Positions 8,825-19,100 of a stretch of 32,000 nt of DNA are shown here, piece after piece. Position 1 is the first letter of the stretch. Every line of letters starts with the position of its first letter. The DNA comes from Bellilinea caldifistulae (GTDB lineage Bacteria; Chloroflexota; Anaerolineae; Anaerolineales; Anaerolineaceae). Under the pieces are notes generated by a model. That model had not been told where the DNA came from, searched no databases, and worked only from the letters and a program-made list of their open reading frames with translations. Where the stretch lies: the NCBI RefSeq assembly GCF_001306055.1, contig NZ_LGHJ01000014.1, positions 30,001-62,000 of the forward strand, given 5' to 3'. The translations under genes were made by a program, and so were the position numbers.

Positions 8825-9364
8825 ATGCAGACAGTCAAAATTGTAGTTACCGGGCCATTCAATGCAGGCAAGACCGAATTCATCCAATCCGTCAGCGAGA
8901 TTGATGTGGTCTCTACCGAACGAAAGATTACCTCGGCCGCCGAAAAGGTGAAGGAAAGCACCACCGTCGCATTGGATTTTGGCCGTATTACGGTTGACGA
9001 TGATCTGGTGTTGTATTTATTTGGAACGCCCGGACAGAAACGGTTCGATTTCATGTGGGAAATCCTCTCCGAAGGGATGCTCGGGTTTGTGGTCATGGTG
9101 GACAGTACCCGCCCGGAAACCTTCCGCGAAGCGCGCACTATTTTGGAAACCTTCCGGGCGTATGCTCCTACCCCTTACGTGGTGGCAGCCAATAAGCAGG
9201 ATTGCAAAGACGCATGGGACATTGAGGATATGCGGCTGGCGCTGCGACTGGATCCTAAAGTTAAACTGCTCTCGTGCGTTGCCAAAGATAAAGAAAATGT
9301 CAAAAAAGTCCTGCTGGAATTGCTCTACAGCATTCTGGAAGAGATGGGGGAGGGTAATTCGTGA
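8825..9364 (+). CDS. Small Ras-superfamily GTPase of the MglA/CvnD type (COG2229-like)
   Basis: P-loop GPFNAGKT (aa 10-17). G3 is FGTPGQ (Thr in place of the Ras Asp, Gln retained), as in MglA/CvnD-type proteins. G4 is NKQD (aa 123-126). 179 aa. AAGGAAG SD precedes the ATG. Confidence 0.85.
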   Translation: MQTVKIVVTGPFNAGKTEFIQSVSEIDVVSTERKITSAAEKVKESTTVALDFGRITVDDDLVLYLFGTPGQKRFDFMWEILSEGMLGFVVMVDSTRPETFREARTILETFRAYAPTPYVVAANKQDCKDAWDIEDMRLALRLDPKVKLLSCVAKDKENVKKVLLELLYSILEEMGEGNS

Positions 9365-9387
9365 GCCAACGGGGGAGTTAAACCAGC

Positions 9388-10191
9388 GTGTCATCCATTA
9401 CGACTGATCAGGGCATCCTTCATTACGAAGTCTACGGTCGCGGCAAACCGGTTATTTTGCTCCACGGCTGGCTGGGATCATGGGGGTTGTGGCAGGAAAC
9501 CATGACCTATCTGGGTCAGTATTACCGCACCTACGCGCTGGATTTTTGGGGTTTTGGTGAATCGGGTAAAAAACTGGATACCTACGAGGTTAGTGAGTTT
9601 GTTTCGCTGGTGGACCAGTTTATGGACAAACTGGGTATCATCAGCGCGCCGCTGGTGGGGCACAGCATGGGGGGTACGGTCAGCCTTTCGGTGGCGTTGC
9701 GCTATCCTCAGCGGGTTGAAAAGGTCGTGATCATCGGCTCACCGGTGGTTGGTTCTTCGCTGGCGCTGCCGCTCAAACTGGCCGGCTGGCGGGTAGTGGC
9801 ATTCCTTTTGTTTAGTTTTTTCCCGGTTTTCCGGGCTGCCATGCGGATTGCTTCGCCGACTATTTGTCGTGACCCGCGATTCCCGGATATGATGGATCGC
9901 GATCTCTCCCGCACCACTCTCGAATCCTTTTTAACCAGCATTGCCTCACTGCGCCGCACCGACCTGCGCAATGAGATTCACCGGATTCAGGTGCCGGTGA
10001 TGGGGATGTTTGGCGACCGGGATAACATTGTCAACCCAAACCAGGGCAAAGCCCTGCAAAAGGGTTTGCCCAACGCGCGCATCGAGCGTTATCCCAATGC
10101 CGGACATTTCATCATGCTCGATGAACCTCGTCCTTTCATGCTCACCTTGAAAGAATTTCTGGATACGCCCTCGTCCAACCCTGTCCCATGA
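9388..10191 (+). CDS. Alpha/beta-fold hydrolase (paralogue 1, intact Ser-Asp-His triad)
   Basis: GTG start with GGGGGAG 10 nt upstream. HGW oxyanion region (VILLHGWLGSW). The nucleophile elbow is GHSMGG (Ser93, codon AGC at 9664-9666). Acid candidate GDRDNIV and His in NAGHFIMLDEP. Confidence 0.85.
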   Translation: MSSITTDQGILHYEVYGRGKPVILLHGWLGSWGLWQETMTYLGQYYRTYALDFWGFGESGKKLDTYEVSEFVSLVDQFMDKLGIISAPLVGHSMGGTVSLSVALRYPQRVEKVVIIGSPVVGSSLALPLKLAGWRVVAFLLFSFFPVFRAAMRIASPTICRDPRFPDMMDRDLSRTTLESFLTSIASLRRTDLRNEIHRIQVPVMGMFGDRDNIVNPNQGKALQKGLPNARIERYPNAGHFIMLDEPRPFMLTLKEFLDTPSSNPVP

Positions 10192-10760
10192 ATCCTTCTC
10201 CGCGTTTGAAATACTCCCCTGACCTTAACAGCCTTATTCTGGAAGGTTTGACCGAGTTTCTCGGTGACCAAAAGCTTGAAATGCTGCTGCAAGCCATGCC
10301 TGCTGATCGGTTGCGCTTTGACCTGGAAAGCCTGCATGAGGCATTACGGGCCGCTTATGGCAGCCAATCGGCTGCCGGGATTCTGGTGCGGGCTGGCAGA
10401 GCAGCCTTTGCGCGGCTGTTGCTGAAATTTGCTGCCGAATTGGGATTTGAAGATCAGGGTTTCCGTCTGCTGGCACCCCGCCGCAAGATGGGGGTGGCTT
10501 TGCAGAATCTGGCAGACTGGCTTCAACGGCAGGGGGCTGGTAGATTTGAGGTGCGGCGTGTGACGAACGGCTGGCAGTGGCTCCATCGGGTTGATTTTGA
10601 AGGTCAGACCGACAACAGAGCGACAATGGCCTGTCCTTTCCTGCTGGGGATGCTGCAAGAATTATCCTACTGGGTCAGCAGCGGCCGTATTCACCCCATC
10701 CGCGAGGAAGCGCATTCCCAAGGCTGCCTGCTGGAAATCGAGTCGAAACCGCTGGATTGA
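10188..10760 (+). CDS. V4R (4-vinyl-reductase)-like small-molecule-binding domain protein
   Basis: Its ATG overlaps the upstream TGA (ATGA at 10188-10191). The C-terminal pattern ...MACPFLLGMLQELSYWVSSGRIHPIREEAHSQGCLLEIE resembles the V4R signature (C-x-f-x-x-G-x-l-x-g...E-x-x-C-x-x-x-G-x-x-x-C-x-F-x-i), with one Cys position changed. Assignment by eye only. Confidence 0.5.
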   Translation: MNPSPRLKYSPDLNSLILEGLTEFLGDQKLEMLLQAMPADRLRFDLESLHEALRAAYGSQSAAGILVRAGRAAFARLLLKFAAELGFEDQGFRLLAPRRKMGVALQNLADWLQRQGAGRFEVRRVTNGWQWLHRVDFEGQTDNRATMACPFLLGMLQELSYWVSSGRIHPIREEAHSQGCLLEIESKPLD

Positions 10761-10769
10761 GAGGACCGG

Positions 10770-12047
10770 ATGCTGAAAATCATTTTACAGTGTCCCCGTT
10801 ACCTGGAACCTTTCAACGAGCGCGCCCGTGATTTGAGAATTTTCAATAAACCATTGTGGCTTCAACAGCGCGATGTGCTGGCGCCTTACACCACCCGCGA
10901 ACTGGAATTGCCCCCCGAAGCGCGCCTGCCGCAAACCGCTGAGCCGTGTATCGTTTACCGTGATAATTTGTTTTTTGACGAGGGCTTTATGCAGGCCTTC
11001 ATGCGGGAAGCCCTGCGCCGGCCGTACCCCTCACGGGCGGCGTTGTCCATCCATGACCCTGCTTTCCGGGAACATTGTTTGCCGCTTTCTACTTCCTATA
11101 CGCCGGCGGGGGATATTTATCTGGCGGATTTGTGGTACTACCCGCGCGGTCCCGAGCCGAGCGCCGAACCACTGGTGGTGGATTTGCAGGCGCGGGAAAT
11201 CGGCTATTACCATGTTCCGACTTATATGGCGAGTGAATCGGGTGATCTGGTCTATCAGGTGCCGCTGCGCAGTCTGATTGCGATTGATTCCTGGGTGCAT
11301 ATTTTCATCGCCGATACGGTGTTTGGCCTGTTTGGTCGCGGGGCGCGTTTTGAAGATCGTCTCAACCGTGATCCTTTCTTCAAACTCAGCATTCTGGCAA
11401 CCGCTTTGTATGAGGGTAAGCAGGTGCTGGAATGTTCTAAACTGGTACGGGTGGGACGCAACTGCTCGATTGACCCTACTGCCATCATTCACGGCCCCAC
11501 CACCATCGGGGATAATGTGACCATCGGGGCCGGGGCGGTGATTGAAAATTGTATCATCGGCGACAATGTCAATGTCTCACAGGGCTGCCAGTTGATGCTT
11601 TCAGTGGTGGGGGATGGCACCTTTCTGCCGTTTCGGGCCTCGTTATTCATGACCACCATCATGGATAACAGCATGGTTGCCCAAAACACCTGCTTGCAGA
11701 TGTGCGTGGTGGGGCGGAATACTTTCATCGGTGCGGGTTCCACCTTTACAGATTACAACCTGATTCCCTCACCCATCCGGGCGCGGGATGCCTACGGCCA
11801 ATTGCAGCCATCCAACCGCCCGGTGCTGGGGGGATGTGTGGGTCACAATTGCCGGATTGGGGCTGGTATGATCGTCTACCCGGCGCGGATGATCGAATCC
11901 GATGTGATTTTGTTCGCTTCCAAAGAACGGCGGGTGATTGACCGGGACATCCGCTATGAGGACAGCGATCACCATCGCTTGAAGGACGGTCATCTGCATC
12001 CACGTTTGTACCCGCGCCCCGGTGAGGCAGGCGTCGAAAGCTGGTGA
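10770..12047 (+). CDS. Left-handed beta-helix (hexapeptide-repeat) protein with a GlmU-like but degenerate N-terminal domain
   Basis: The C-terminal half has consecutive hexapeptide repeats (IHGPTTIGDNVTIGAGAVIENCIIGDNVNVSQGCQL...VVGRNTFIGAGSTF...VGHNCRIGAGMIV). The N-terminal 230 aa (MLKIILQCPRYLEPFNERARDLRIFNKPLW...) occupies the place of a nucleotidyltransferase domain. It lacks an obvious G-x-G-T-R-(x)n-K signature. GAGAGGA SD. Confidence 0.65.
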   Translation: MLKIILQCPRYLEPFNERARDLRIFNKPLWLQQRDVLAPYTTRELELPPEARLPQTAEPCIVYRDNLFFDEGFMQAFMREALRRPYPSRAALSIHDPAFREHCLPLSTSYTPAGDIYLADLWYYPRGPEPSAEPLVVDLQAREIGYYHVPTYMASESGDLVYQVPLRSLIAIDSWVHIFIADTVFGLFGRGARFEDRLNRDPFFKLSILATALYEGKQVLECSKLVRVGRNCSIDPTAIIHGPTTIGDNVTIGAGAVIENCIIGDNVNVSQGCQLMLSVVGDGTFLPFRASLFMTTIMDNSMVAQNTCLQMCVVGRNTFIGAGSTFTDYNLIPSPIRARDAYGQLQPSNRPVLGGCVGHNCRIGAGMIVYPARMIESDVILFASKERRVIDRDIRYEDSDHHRLKDGHLHPRLYPRPGEAGVESW

Positions 12048-12104
12048 GTCACTCCTTAATCCTTACAACTCCCTAACCAGACCGCCTTTGGACGGGTAAT
12101 TTTG

Positions 12105-12133
12105 TTGCCAGAAATGGCGGTTTTGCGTAAGAT
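12105..12133 (+). promoter_or_regulatory. Candidate internal sigma70-type promoter for the REC-GGDEF/kinase sub-operon
   Basis: TTGCCA (12105-12110), a 17-nt spacer, then TAAGAT (12128-12133). This implies a leader of about 100 nt before the ATG at 12241. Confidence 0.35.
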
Positions 12134-12240
12134 TAAGTGTTGTACCCGATTTCCACCGTCTGGATCCCCGGCTGGGCGGAATGGGTTACGCAAGATGCTC
12201 CGGGGGAAAGCCCATGCCTGATCTCTTGAGGGAGGCACCC

Positions 12241-13131
12241 ATGAGTAAAGCCCGCCTGTTGATTGTGGAAGATGACGTGGATATTTCCAACATGCTGCGC
12301 ATTTATTTTACCTCGCAGGGCTATGATGTGGATATTGCCCCACGCGGTTCGGATGCGCTGGAAAAGACCCGTCAGGTCATGCCCCATTTGTTGATTCTGG
12401 ATATCATGCTGCCGGATATTGACGGTTACGAGGTCTGCCGGGTGCTGCGCACCAATACCCGCACCAGCCACATTCCGGTGCTGTTCCTGACCCAGAAGGA
12501 CGAGCGCAGCGATAAACTCAAAGGTCTGGAACTGGGGGCGGACGACTACATCACCAAACCCTTTGATATCGAAGAGCTGAAACTGCGTGTCCAGAATGCC
12601 CTGGCGCGTTCCGAACGGGAAAGCCTGACCGACCCGCAAACCGGCCTCCCCTCCGGCCGGTTGATTGAGGATCAACTGCGCAAATTGATCCGTCAGAACG
12701 ACTGGGCATTTCTGGATATTCGCATCAATCACTTTGAGCCATTCAAGGATGTTTATGGTTTTATTGCCGGCAATGATGTGCTGCGGTTCACCGCCATGTT
12801 GTTGGGCGAAGTGGTGGATGAGCTTGGTACACAAAATGACTTTATCGGCCATGTTGGCGGAGATAACTTTGTCGTTTCCACGACGGCTCAGGCGGGGGCT
12901 GCCATCAAGACCCGCCTGAAAGCACGGTTCAAGGAAGAAGTACTCTCGCATTACAATTTTTTGGACCGTCAGCAGGGTTTTGTGCTGGCTCCGGGTAAAG
13001 ACGGCCAGATGACCCCCACTCCCTTTATGACTTTGGCGGTTGGTTTGGTCTCACCGCTGACCCATCAATTCGCCGATATTCGCGAAATTACCGAGATTGC
13101 TGCCGAAGAACGCCGCCGCGATTCAGTTTAG
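12241..13131 (+). CDS. Response regulator: receiver domain fused to a degenerate GGDEF domain (GGDNF)
   Basis: The start is moved to the ATG at 12241 (MSKARLLIVEDD), with GAGGGAGG at 12228-12235. REC features: DD at 11-12, the phospho-acceptor in LLILDIMLPDIDG (D54), and K in YITKPF. The GGDEF-like domain begins at DPQTGLPSGR. Its signature is GGDNF (codons GGC GGA GAT AAC TTT, 12856-12870), and there is no RxxD I-site (TQND in that position). Confidence 0.85.
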   Translation: MSKARLLIVEDDVDISNMLRIYFTSQGYDVDIAPRGSDALEKTRQVMPHLLILDIMLPDIDGYEVCRVLRTNTRTSHIPVLFLTQKDERSDKLKGLELGADDYITKPFDIEELKLRVQNALARSERESLTDPQTGLPSGRLIEDQLRKLIRQNDWAFLDIRINHFEPFKDVYGFIAGNDVLRFTAMLLGEVVDELGTQNDFIGHVGGDNFVVSTTAQAGAAIKTRLKARFKEEVLSHYNFLDRQQGFVLAPGKDGQMTPTPFMTLAVGLVSPLTHQFADIREITEIAAEERRRDSV

Positions 13132-13152
13132 GGATCGGTCAGGGATACCCGC

Positions 13153-16100
13153 ATGGTGTTTGAAAACCCGCTCATTCTGGGTGTTGTACTGGCAGGCAGC
13201 GGTTTGCTTTTTTGGCTTGCAGCTGCCGGCCTGATTCGTTGGGTATCCCGTTCCCCAAGACCGCACTCGATCCTCGTCCCGGCTGAAGAAGCGGATAATC
13301 CGAACGCCGACCCGATTTTAATTGTGGAAGCCGGTGGAAGGCTGGCGTGGATCAATTCCACGGCCCGGCAGTTGTTTGGCTTGAAGGAAGGCGAATCCGC
13401 CAATCTGGAGGGCCTCTCTCGTAAAATCCGCCCGGCAAACGCGTTGTTGAATTTATGTGCCACAGATGGCCAAACCCGCCTGATAGTTGAAGGTAAGGCC
13501 ATCGAGGCAGCTTCTCAGCGTTTACCGTTTGGTCAGCCGGAATGGAGGTTAATCACCTTTCGCTCTGGAGAAAGCGGCGGGATGATGGGCGCAGCCCAAA
13601 CCGGTCTACTGCCAGCGCAGACCTTGCAGGTTTTCCTGGACCTGACACAGGCCATGGCTGCCAGTCTGGATGTGGAGCAAACCCTGTTCTCCATCCTTGA
13701 CAATCTGGATCGTTTGGTGCCGGCCGATTTGCGCGAGATCAACCTGTACGATGAAGAAAGCCAGACTTTCATCCCCTATCGCATGCTGGCGATGGCGGAT
13801 GGCGAACGCAAACTGCTCCTGGCCAGTGAACGCTACGGCCGGGAGGAGGGTCTTTCGGGGGTCATCGCTGTCTCGCGTCAGCCATTGCTGGTGCCCGATT
13901 TGGAAAAAGCCACCGACTTAAGCACAATCCTTGACCGGCGTAAATATCCGGTTCGTTCATTTCTGGGCGTGCCGTTAGCAATCGGCGAGCAGTTCATCGG
14001 TACCCTTGAGCTGGCTTCCTTTGCCGCAGATGCCTTTCAGCCGCAGGATCGTGATCTGTTGACTTTGATTTCCGGCCAGGTGGCGGTTGCCATTCATAAT
14101 GCATTACTTTACCGGCAGGAACAACGCCGAACCGCCGAGCTGAACGGCCTGGCTCAACTGGCGCAGGCGTTCAGTTCGGTGCGCGATACGCGCGGTCTGT
14201 TCGAGCGTTTGGTCAGCGCCATTCAACCACTCGTGCGGGTACAAATCCTCGGATTTTTGCTTTATAACGAAGCCAGCCGCACGCTTCAGGCTCAGGTGCC
14301 GTTTGCCGGAATTCCCGAACAATTTTTGGAGATGTATCGGATAGCGGTGCAGCCCGGCAGTCCCCTGGAAACCGCTCTGCTGGCTCAGGATGTGCTGATC
14401 AGCGACCATGCCGCAGAAGATGAGCGCTGGATCGAACTGGGATTACAGCCCATTGCGGTTGCTGCCGGCCTGCGGGATACGGTGATGATGCCCCTCGCGG
14501 TCAGCGGGCGGGTACTGGGCTATTTGCAGGCTGCCAATCATTTGCAGGAAGGCAGCAGTTTTAATCAGGATGAATTACATTTGTTGATGATCGTAGCCAA
14601 TCAGGTTGCCCCGATCATTGATAATGCGTCTTTGTTGCAACAATCCCGCCTGCGCGCTCAACGCGCCGAAGGTTTGCGGCGGATTGCCAGCCTGTCCAGT
14701 TCAGCGGCAACCCTGGATGAGATTCTCAAGTTCTCGCTGCAGGAGCTGGTGCGCCTTTTACAGGCCGACCTGGCTGCTGTATTTCTGCTGGATCAGAACC
14801 GGGTTGTCCTGCAATTGCACCGTCCTTCTCAATATGGCGATGCGGGGGAGGTGCCGGAGCGCCTGACCCGCCTGCTGGCGGAGGATGCTCAGTTTCCGTT
14901 TACTTCGGCCGGCAGCCAGCACATCATTCAGCTCAATCAAGCGGTAGAGGAAAAACCGATTGTTCCCTTTTACCAGCAGCTGATTCAATCGTGGAGGATT
15001 GAATCGCTGATTGTCGTGCCGTTGGTGGTACGAGATGAGGGCATTGGTGAAATCTGGATTGCCAGCCGCCAGCCCAACTTTTTTGACCCGGGTGATGTGC
15101 AACTGATGGCAACAGCTGCCGGGCAACTGGCGGGGGTGGTGGAACGCAGTTACCTGCTGATGCAGACGGATGAGACTCTCCGGCGGCGGGTGGAGCAGAT
15201 GACCTCCCTGACCCGCATCACCCGCGAATTAAGCACCTCGCTGGACTTGAAGCACCTGCTGCAACTGGTGTATGACGAAGCCCTGCGTACCACGCGCGCC
15301 GATTGCGGTACCATCCTGTTCTTTGAGCTGGAACAACCACCTGAGGCGACTCCGCAAATTCGCTTTTGGGTGGGCGACCCGCCGCCGTCGCAACTTTCTT
15401 CCCTTGAATTGCAGGTGATTGCCAGCGGAATGGGTTATGTGCTGCGCGATGTGCACAACCCGGATTATTACCTGCCCCACGAAGGCGTGCAGTCGGTGCT
15501 GCTGGTGCCGATTTACCATCAAGACCGGGCCGGCGGACTGATTTGCCTGCATAGCTCGGAGAGGGAACATTTCGATGAATCGGCGATGGACATTGCCCAA
15601 TCATTGGCGGCTCAGGCGACGATTGCGCTTTCCAATGCGGTGCATTACGAAGAACAGACCCGCCGTGGTACTTTACTCAAGCGCCAGTTGGATACCCTCG
15701 CTGAGTTGTATCAGGTTTCACGCTTTTTACGCCCCAATCAACCGCTGGAAAAAGCCTTGGAAGCCATTGCCGAAGCGATTGTGGATGCCACCCCCTTCCG
15801 GGCGGTGTTGATCAGCGTCTATGATCCGGACGGTAATTGTTTGCACCGGGTAGCCCATAAGGGAATTTCGCCTGAGATGTGGGAGGAATTGCGTTCGCGG
15901 GTTCAGCCATGGCGCGGCATATTGCAGTTATGCCAGCCGGAATATCGTGTGGGGGATGTGTACTTCATCCCCGCCGACAAGCAGCCGCTGGTGCCGGAGG
16001 AAGTTCACACCATTACCGTTTTGCCCGGCAGTGAACAGCAGGGCGAGTATTTATGGAATGCTGATGATTTTCTGCTTGCGCCGTTATATGACTCCAATGG

Positions 16101-19100
16101 GGAGCCGCTGGGGTTGATCAGCGTGGACGACCCGCGCGATGCCCGGCGCCCGGACCGTCCGACACTGGATGCGCTGGAAATTTTTGCGGTGCAGGCTTCG
16201 CTGCTGATTGAAAACCACCGTCATCTGGAAAAAACCCAGACCGAATTACGGCAATTGCTTGAAGAAAATCAACAATTGCGTACCTCGGCAGAGGCAGCCC
16301 GCCAGCAAATCCCGCAGTTGCTTCAGCGTCAGGTGGAGGATCTGCTCGAAATTCGCCGCCTGTTTCGGCAGGTGGAACGGGTGCGTGCCGGATTGGAAAT
16401 TGCCGCACAGGCCAGTTTGCAGCAAAATACCCGGGCTGCGCTGATCAGCATGGGACGTGCCTTGCTGGAACATTTTGCCTTGTCCATGGCGCTGGTTGCC
16501 GAGGGGGATGCTTCCGGCGGACGTCTGATCGAGGTAATCGGCGAAATCCCTCCCGGCAGCAATCCCGAAGCGTTGTTCGGTCAGCGCAATCCACTGCGTC
16601 AGGCTTTACTGGATGGCCGTCTCATCCTTTCGCCGCAGGTGGAAGAGGATCCTATCTGGCGCGGAACTCCGCTGTTGAACGGCTTGGGCAGTCGCAGTTT
16701 TGTGGTCTTCCCGTTTGAAATTTCCTCGGAGCACCGGGCGGCGGTGATGGTTTGCGGCGCAGAACCGATGGAAGCCTTTGAAGCCGAGGACGCTCAGGTT
16801 TACGAACAACTGTGCCGGCAGGTGAGTATCAGTCTGCAGAACCTCGAATTGCTTGCTGAAACCCGCCGGCGGTTGGGAGATGTTAATTTACTGCTGGAAT
16901 TTAGCCGCAAGTTGGGCAGTCTGGATACCGGTAGCATTCTGCAGAGTCTGCTGGAAAGCGCCTTACAAGTGCTGCCATCCGCCGATGCCGGCTGGGTGGG
17001 GTTGATCGAGGAAAATGGCGGCAGGATTGTGCCCATGCATGCAAGCGGTTACACGGATGTCGAGGCTTTGCTGCAAATTCGCTACGATCCGGAGCGGACA
17101 CCACCGCCATTGCCCCTGCGGGTTGTGCAATCGGGTAATCCACTGAGGGTAAATGAGATTCATTTCGCCGCAGATTACAACCTCTCCGCCGAGGATTTGA
17201 TACGATATCAGAAAGCCAGCCGCGCAAGACTTCCGATCTCGGTACTGGTCTTGCCAATCCGCCTTGGTGAACGCTGTATGGGCGTGCTGGTGTTGGAGAA
17301 TTTCGATCAGGCCGAGGCTTTCAGCGCCGAGCATGAAAGTCTGGCGCTCTCGCTCGCTCAGCAGGCTGCACTGGCGCTGGAAAATGCCCGTCTGTTCCGC
17401 TCCATTCAACAGCGGACGGCTCAGTTACAGGCGTTAACGCAGGTCTCTTCGACGATTACTTCCAGCCTGCAAACCGATGCACTGATCGCCAGCCTGCTGG
17501 AGCAATTGCAAAAGGTGGTGCCATTCGATACGGCAACCCTCTGGCTGCGCAAAGGTGATTGGATCGAAGTCGCTGCTGCGCGCGGTTTTGATGACGATCA
17601 GGCGCGGATCGGATTGACCGCGCGGGTTGAGGATAGTATCTTGTTTCAGGAAATGAGCCGTTCAGGTCTGGCCATTTCGGTTCCGGATGTCCGCGCTGAT
17701 GCCCGTTTTACCCGCCTGCTGGTGCCGGATTATCTTTCCTGGCTGGGGATACCCCTGATTGCCAAATCCGAATTGATTGGGGTGATCGCGCTGGAGAAAC
17801 GCGACCCTGATTTTTATACGGAGGATTACATTCAGGCGGCGATGACCTTTGCCGGGCAGGCAGCGGTAGCCTTAGAAAATGCGCGCCTGTTCGAGGAAAG
17901 TCAGCGCCGGGCTGCCGAACTCGATCAACGTTCCAGCCGTCTGGCTTTGCTCAACCGCTTCTCGGCTGATTTAGGCGCATCCCTGGAGGTGCTCCCCATT
18001 CTCCAACTGACCTGTGAGCGGCTGGCGGATGCGTTGGATGTTACACGGGTTGGAGCGGTGTTGATTGACGATCAGGAGCGCCTGCTTTTGGTCACGGAAA
18101 GTCCACCGGTTGAGGATGCCCTCCCCATAACCCTGCCGGCAATCCCGCTCATCCAGCAATTACGCGATTCGCAGGGCGTGTTCAACACCGAAGATGCGGA
18201 AGCAGAAACTGGATTGGCTGAATGGCGGACGGCGTTCCTCGCCAGCCGTAAGGTGCGCGCCCTGGTGATCATCCCCCTGATCAGCGGGCAGGAAATTTCT
18301 GGCTGGCTGATGCTGCAATCCGAGCAGAAAAAGCGGTTCACCGCCCAGGAAATTGAATTGGTGCGGACGATCAGCAATCAGGCGGCAATTGCCATGCAAA
18401 ATGCCCGCCGTTTTGAAGAAATCCGTACCCTCAAAGAGGATTTGGAGCGCCGGGTAGAAGAACGCACGGCGGCGCTGAGTCGGGAGCATCACAAATCCCA
18501 GACGATGCTCAAAGTGACCACCGAACTTTCGGCCAGTCTGGATATTCATCAAGTCCTCAGCCGTTCGTTGAGTGTTTTGAATGAAGCCCTGCAAATTGAT
18601 GAAAGTCTGATCGTCCGCGATGCCGGACGGGTCGTTGTTCGGGCCGGTCAACTTCTGGAAAGTTCGGCCTCACCCGAAGGCCATACCCTCGAACACCAGA
18701 TTCACCAGTATCTGATGCGGGTCCGAAAACCGCTGTGGATTGAGGATGTCCATCTGGATTCACGCTGGCAAACCGATCCGCATCAACCACCGGCATACCG
18801 CAGTGTTGCAGCCATTCCCCTGATTCTGGGCGAAGAATCGCTCGGTACACTTATGCTGCTCCATCGCGAAAAGGGGCATTTTCAAGCGGAGCAGACCGGG
18901 TTGTTGGAAGGGATTGCCCGCCAAATTGCCATCACCCTCAATAATGCCGAATTGTTTGGTTTAATCCGCGATCAGGCTGAAAACCTGGGTGCCATGCTGC
19001 GTGATCAGCAAATCGAGGCATCCCGCTCGCGCGGTATTCTGGAAGCCGTTGCAGATGGCGTGATTGTCACGGACGTCAATCAGATCATTACGTTGTTCAA

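Noticed and set aside
12181-12215. Superficial resemblance of GGTTACGCAAGATGCTCCGGGGGAAAGCCC to part of the c-di-GMP-I (GEMM) riboswitch (ACGCAAAGCC...CCGG) upstream of a GGDEF-type gene
   Set aside because: Only a few short words match. I could not build the two-hairpin GEMM architecture with a tetraloop and receptor, and the downstream GGDEF domain is degenerate anyway. An Infernal/Rfam scan is needed before any claim.
12181-12240. Upstream extensions of several track ORFs (12181 for REC-GGDEF, and similarly 3525, 5245, 24769, 2719, 20092)
   Set aside because: In each case a downstream start with a clear Shine-Dalgarno gives a protein beginning at the conserved N-terminus of its family. 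The extensions overlap neighbouring genes or carry no SD.
12133-12951. 272-aa minus-strand ORF opposite the REC-GGDEF gene and the 12048-12240 gap
   Set aside because: The plus strand encodes canonical receiver motifs over the same region, and the minus-strand product has no recognisable domain. It is a shadow ORF.
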